Part shown: one piece after another, positions 58,610 through 64,000 of the stretch
How the letters are laid out: each line of letters opens with the position of its first letter
How positions within the stretch are numbered: the first letter of the stretch is position 1
Assembly (NCBI GenBank): GCA_964036045.1
Contig: OZ038378.1
Location: forward strand, 167,028,001-167,092,000
DNA from: Eutreptiella sp. 'Long Island Sound 2002'
Lineage: Eukaryota; Protista; Euglenida
Direction: 5' to 3'
Length of the DNA stretch: 64,000 bases
Program-made: the position numbers and the translations under genes
Notes under the pieces: generated by a model
The model's database searches: none
What the model was told of the DNA's origin: nothing
The model's input: the letters and a program-made list of their open reading frames with translations, nothing else

Positions 58610-61600
58610 GCTGGTTGGGAGAGGGAGTTCAGGATCCCCCATCTGCCGCATGCTGTGTTCAATGCACATTATCTTCGTTGTGCGCTGGCTTCCCAACCTG
58701 AGGTCACCTCCGTGTGTAAGCTGGGTGGCTGAGCCCACTAGACTCATCATGCACCTCTAGAAGCAAACAGTGGGTAAGGATTCCGACATGTATGACATAT
58801 CCCCCCCCCCCCAAAACTCTCCACACAGTACAGGGTGTTTTACAAGTTTTCGGTTCCAACAGATGGGAAACATTTCAAACGACCTTTTAAGTGCGCCTCC
58901 TTGTGGACGGATGTCACGGGACACTGTCAGGAAGCGTTGCTGAGTCAGGCTGCTGTGAAGCTTTCCCCTCGCCCCCCCCCCCCCCCCTCCCCCCGGCCCG
59001 ACAGTGGTACACATCTGAGAGACAATGTGTGAAGAACACTCCTTCTGGCGCCCTGTGGCTTACCAACAAAGCAAAAGAACAAAAAGGCAGGACTCAGTCC
59101 GCAAAACCGTGACAGAACAATGACGGTCACCACCAGGTCAAACCCTTGCCCCTTTTAACGCGTTCCACCAGGGCCCCAAGCTCAGTCAATTTCTTGGTGC
59201 CTCTAACAAGCACGTTGACATGCAATCATGACCTTTTCACCTTTAAACTGCCTACACCTCTACCCCGTGTGCCTGTTGGGCCTCAATCTCTTTGGGGCAC
59301 ATTCCATTGTAGATTGACTAACAAAGAGGAAGGAGTTCACCTTAAAACAACATTGAGCGAAATGTATCAGAATGTACATGAGCAGGCCAACAACCGAATC
59401 TGGGGGAAAGCATATCCACTTCGTCGTGATTTCAATTGCACCTTCAACCACAAGCCTTGTATTTCCAACGCACACGCACCTGTTGGGCTTCGTTTTGGCC
59501 ACCCTGGCTGAAGAGCACAGAAGGACAAGTTCCAGGGGTGTCTCATGCATGGCATTGTGCTTACATTTACCCATCGCATACCCCCCCCGTGAGCTGATAT
59601 GCATGCATGTCAAAGGGCCTACAACCCAGGGCATACCTCTGTTGAGCTGATATGCCCTCGCAGACCAGAAGACATGTTGGCCAGACACGATGGGAATGTT
59701 GCTGCATATCAGCCCAGAAAGGGTATGCCCAAGGTATGTGCAGGCACTAGGACGTGCATTTGTACTCGCCTTGTGGTGCGTAGACAGCATGGTTTTCCAC
59801 TCCGCCAAGGGTTAGAAAGGCCCTTGCGGACCTTAAAACCATGTTGTCCAGACGCTTCAGGAGCATGCTGCTGCATGTGAGTACTGATGCATGTCATGGT
59901 TCCTACACATACCCAGGGCATACCCCCCCCTGATATGCACCAACATCCCCCTGGAGCGTCTGGACAGCATTGCTTCCAGGTCCGCCAGGGCGCTAGCAGA
60001 TTTGCCGGGGCTACGTGCATTTTCAGCAAATCTTGCGAGAGACAAAATCGAAGAGCGCGAAATTCCGCAGCCGATGGTCAAAAGTGCCGCGCGTTTGGGG
60101 GCCCCTAAACCGAGTTACGGCCATTTTAGTCAACCGGCCGGCCACGGCCGGGGGAAGTTTTCAAGCCGAAAAACACCCAAAATGGGGGATATTCCCATCT
60201 ACCTTCTCTCCATTGTGCATGGGCACACTTTGTCATGTGATGGATTTGATTACGGGCTGTCAGGTATAAACGCAGCTGCAAGACATGGAAAAGCAGATCG
60301 TAGCTAAAGCAGCTGCCTTTGCAGGCAGTTGCTCCCTGCAAAAAAGGAAACCCAGTGCATCATGGGCACCTCCAAGGAGCACAGCGCTGCTGCATCCTCC
60401 TTCGGGATGTATTCCGGCTTGTACGGCTGTTCGGGTGCCTGAAAGATCAGCAGTCATTCCTGCACAAGTAAGGGGCTGGTTGGGGAGAGAAGCAGATCAT
60501 AGCTAAAGCAGCAGCCACAACGTGCCGTTGCACCCCACAAAAGGCATGACACAACAATGAAACACTGTGCAACACCCGGAGGTTGGCAAGTGTAAGGAAC
60601 ACAGCACTTCTGCATTCTCAGTCAAAATGCGCCCCGGCTTGTGCTGCTTATCGGGTTCCTGCAAGATAATCCGTCAGATACCTGTGGCCATTCAGATCTT
60701 TCTTCGGACTGTTGGGACCATTAGTCAGTTAGTGACCAGGCAATGCGTAACATGTGGTGATCCTTGCTGCTCATAACTGGCTGCTAAAGCCTTGTCACCA
60801 GCAGCAGCATTGTCTGGTTCCTCGTTATTGTGCTTGTCATCGTCTTCTTCAGCTTCCTCTTCATATCAAATTGCTTCGTCCTCATTGCTTGAAGGGACAG
60901 GGGGTGACATGGTCTGGGGATGTGCCGGGTGTGGGGGGAAGGGGGCATACCTCATCCTTTTGCGGTCGCCCACCTTCCAGTTCGGATGCACTTTGTTCAG
61001 GGGCAGGGGCCTGGAATAGGGTGCGCAATTTTGGCAACAACTAAACCAGCCAAATTCAGCAGAAATCGGACATGTTGCGAGATAACATTGCTTACTTGTG
61101 ACTCATTTACCTTCTTTCTAGCTTCTGGATCTTGACTGCATTCCTACACAGGGACGGGGAGTTGCAATGGCAGGCTTCGAAATCGCTGATGCAAGTTCTG
61201 TTCACATGCTGCAGACATGTTTTGCTACCGCCATGGCAAAGATCAACAGCCCCTCTCTGGTGCATACCATGGGAGGTTTTTTGGCCCATCCTGGGGGGTT
61301 TTTTGGTACGCACCACAGCCCCCCTCTGCTTCATCTTATCATTTTGTTGCTGGATCATCAGAATCTGCTGGTCAGGGGTCATATTACCATAATACCCCCA
61401 TCCCCCCAAGATAGAGGGTTGTAGTAGTCAGACCTAATGGTTTAGTAGAAAAGTCCAAAAGTGGTGAAAAGGCATTAGCACGTGTCAAACTGTTTCAGAA
61501 CCAATTATTATCATCAAAGGGCATCAGAATACATTTTTCAAACTGCCTGTGCCGGATTATGCGAACGGAAAGGGTAGACACTCATCAAGTCAACAACATA

Positions 61601-63699
61601 GCACCAAATGCGGATGGGTAGCTCCGATGCAAACCCGAAAGGCATTCGGCAATCACAAAGGTGCACAGAAAGATGTGGTCATGGAAAGACAAAACCTGCA
61701 AATCCGAAGAGAAATTTGGCGCTCTTGGACATGAACACATAGTTGACGATATTTAATTTTTTATGAAGCACAGGCATCGTTGTTGTATTGCGCTTTTGCT
61801 GGTGTTAATATGCATGCTGATTGAAAAGATTTGAATGCCACTTCCGTGGGTCTAGGGAATATCCATTGTGTTGTAATGTTGGCCCATTTTGGGACATGGA
61901 AACCATACGGCTCTTGTTGGAATTTCAAAATGTCAACTTTTTTGGAACATTGAAAGTTGGACATCCATCTTTTGGATTTTCCATGCTTTGTGCCTCGATG
62001 TCGCTGATTCTCCATGCGTTTTTACAATTATGCAATACTTTGTTTTGGTTTGATAAGTTATGTCCATCATGTCATCTTACCCATCGGGAAAAAAAGATGA
62101 AGAATTGCATTCACCTACTCTCCAAGTTTCTTTATTGTGGTTGCCATTTCTACATTCAGCCTATTGATTTAGGTGCTATGAAATCAACCCACAATTATGT
62201 CATTACCTTTTCGGCACTTTTGATTTGCTTTTGGTGCTTGATTTGCTTTGGTGGACTTGGCGGACAACTGTTCAGATCATTGAGCACACATTGTCATTTT
62301 GCTCATTGACTTCTCTTGCAACCCTGCGATCCAATATTCAGAGATAGAACAGACTTTGTGACGTGTGATCAAGTTTCTTTGGAGTTTAGATCTTGGAATT
62401 CTGATCGCAGTATTCGATGAAACAAACTGGATATCGTTTGAACGTTTTGGTATTGGTCAAAATACTTGTGTGGTTATATTCTTGAATAATGCATATGTGG
62501 CAAAGTACAAGGCCTGTGGTGCTTCAACAGTTCATAGGAAGTATTTAACATGGTTGCGGTGCTTCAAATTTCGCATTATGTCGTATGCATACATCTTTCT
62601 CGTGGTGTGTCCTAACTGTATCCTTGTGGTACAACTAAACGTTGACATTTTAGAGCTGCCAAACGCGCCAAAAAATTATGTCAAAATGATGTAATGCATC
62701 CAAGTTGAAGCATGAACAAAAAAAATAACAATGAAGGAGCTTAGAAAGCAAAGTAAACTTGCTATTTGAGAGGACACCAACAATGGACCTGGCTAGCAGA
62801 ATACCTGAGCCGGTGTGGCAAAACACCAATTTGTAATCGGCAACCCCAAGAGACACATCCAAAAAGTAGCTTTTGGTGGGAGATGCGGTTGATAAAGGAT
62901 AGCATTCTCTCCAAAAATGATGAATTTCCAAAGTCTTAGAGTACACCAATTTTCTTCACAAATGGATTTCGCTACGGTTGATAAAAAAAAACCCTCTTTG
63001 CAGTGATTCTAACTTTGCCAAATTTTGAGCCTATAGCATGTGTTGGCCGTTTGTTCCTTGTTGAACTTAATTGTAGTCTTTTCGTGCACCATCATCCTGG
63101 TTGTGGTCATAACCTGCGTCTTTGCTTTCGGTCATTTTGAATTGCAGTGAGGCTTTCGACATGGCCCCACAGTACGTATGTGCAGTTGGGTTTGTCAACT
63201 AAATGTTATCTGTAGCTCCATTTGAACTGTCTGAGTGTGTTTGGGCCCATACTAGGTGGGTGGGGGGTATTTTTTCGATTGAGAGATTTTTTCATCTGAT
63301 GCTGATCTTTGGTGTGTTTTCAACACACTGTACTTTAGGCCCATGCTTATGTTTGTTGCATCGAAGCATATGTGACGGGCAGTCATGACGCGTGCACAAT
63401 GCACCGCGCAATAGTTCTAAGCGAAAGGCTGGTGCTTGTGATTATTGTGTATGCAATTTTATGTTTGATGTCTGAAGTGAAATGCGGACTCTTTTTTTTC
63501 TTTTTTGACACACATTGACAGATTTTGTTCTATTCAATAAAGAAATTACAAAATTTTTGTCTTCTGTGTTTTTCCAAACTTTGCGCATCGACTCTACAAG
63601 GGCCGCTTGTTGTCCGTAAAGTGTCACAAAATGTGCAACATAAAAATTGCATAAATTTTCATGCCATCTTTGCAATTATGTAAAACTTTAGGATGATTT

Positions 63700-63995
63700 T
63701 AGAACAATGACCTCCCTGAGCTCAATGCGCGTATAACTTAAGCCCTTTTGGAACAATCCTTGATCATGTTAATGCCTACGACCACTGTTGAACCCAACCA
63801 TAGCCTTGTCCTCACACATCTTCACTAAGCGTCATAACGCAATCCTAGATCCCACATCATACATCAATGTTCCCCGTGATTGTGCTTCAAGCAACATTCA
63901 ATGTGTTTTTCATCAATCTCGGAACCACAAACTTTGCCATTTCATTTTTCTCAATACAATTGCGTCAAGCAAATTTCAATGCTTCTTGTGCTACA
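63700..63995 (-). pseudogene. Possible heavily decayed hAT-type transposase fragment
   Basis: The minus-strand reading DCVMTLSEDV*GQGYG resembles the hAT 'DxRGQGYDG' motif. Several stops and frameshifts. Confidence 0.25.
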
Positions 63996-64000
63996 TTCAC

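Noticed and set aside
60560-60900. hAT dimerisation-like phrase (LTENAEVLCSLHLPTSGCCTVF) on the minus strand
   Set aside because: Key residues (ER.FS) are missing. Too degenerate to call.

Overview
This is eukaryotic nuclear DNA, most likely from a euglenid (Euglenozoa). The evidence is a near-perfect euglenid spliced-leader (SL) sequence at 39575-39603, GT-AG introns with polypyrimidine tracts, and pyrimidine-AG acceptor sites just upstream of start codons. The window is gene-sparse and repeat-rich. Host genes: an unidentified multi-exon gene (~2.2-4 kb, +), an intronless ankyrin / R-S-E-type ADP-ribosyltransferase / TPR gene (9328-11319), a probable terminal exon (12447-12729), a three-exon ARM-repeat gene (29095-34420), a two-exon bacterial-like SAM methyltransferase (46716-49857) and an intronless 'YLHTKG'-motif membrane-anchored protein (57455-58609). 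The standout is a full-length 6.3-kb non-LTR retrotransposon (39574-45887; ORF1, APE endonuclease, RT, zinc knuckle, RNase H). It is bounded by a perfect 15-bp target-site duplication, and its first bases are one extra G followed by the spliced leader. This fits the genomic copy of a capped, trans-spliced element RNA. It has no poly(A) tail and sits in a dispersed repeat whose uninterrupted paralog is ~2.3 kb upstream. The remaining DNA holds several non-autonomous DNA-transposon-like families, including GGGGG...CCCCC elements with 3-bp TSDs and differing coding-like cargo, poly-C/poly-G-tipped elements and a foldback element, plus minisatellites. All calls were made by eye with no database searches. 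Exon boundaries and family assignments are predictions.
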